From a virus (Duplodnaviria > Caudoviricetes): a DNA stretch of 25,245 bases. Position numbers and translations under genes: made by a program. The notes under the pieces were generated by a model that did not search any database, was not told where the DNA came from, and worked only from the letters and a program-made list of their open reading frames with translations. This document shows, piece by piece, positions 25,229 through 25,245 of this stretch; positions within the stretch are counted from its first letter, which is position 1, and every line of letters begins with the position of its first letter. The DNA lies in the IMG/VR virus record IMGVR_UViG_3300025723_001163, positions 1-25,245 of that record. One strand, 5' to 3'.

Positions 25229-25245
25229 TGGTGGAGGATAGGAGA
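25229..25245 (-). tRNA. 3' end of a further tRNA cut by the window edge, possibly Ala
   Basis: ...TCTCCTATCCTCCACCA; U70 and A73 fit Ala identity but anticodon is not visible. Confidence 0.6.

Noticed and set aside
22881-25245. Recurring tgg...tcgaac units resembling a repeat or CRISPR array
   Set aside because: They are CCA ends and T-loops of tandem tRNAs; no identical repeats with spacers
1-25245. Alternative genetic code or suppressor tRNA
   Set aside because: Core genes are full length under the standard code and no CTA/TTA/TCA anticodon is present

Overview
AT-rich segment of a T4-like (Tevenvirinae/Kyanoviridae-type architecture) myophage genome, mostly encoded on the minus strand. 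Right to left: a tRNA array (10 complete CCA-encoded tRNAs plus one cut by the window edge) interrupted by a J-domain gene, a YkuK-like RNase H-fold gene and a small lipoprotein; a GT-B glycosyltransferase; a short plus-strand island behind a T4 late promoter; the replication block gp43-uvsX-gp40-like-gp41 coupled to a DUF4338/DruA-like gene; then a 13-gene chain of overlapping or abutting ORFs (13823->3546) behind a late-promoter-like box, encoding a PD-(D/E)XK-like nuclease, an atypical ADP-ribosyltransferase and 11 sugar/glycosyl genes built around two parallel glycosyltransferase+kinase+nucleotidyltransferase+phosphatase modules; finally a second late transcript (perfect TATAAATA) encoding His-rich proteins with T4-type capsid-targeting N-termini (ligase-like DUF6267-type protein, HIGH nucleotidyltransferase-P-loop fusion, partial internal-protein-like ORF). 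Best candidate novel systems: the late two-module sugar-activation/glycosylation operon and a set of virion-packaged, probably injected, nucleotide-transfer enzymes. All family calls come from motif recognition by eye; no searches were run and all counts are manual.
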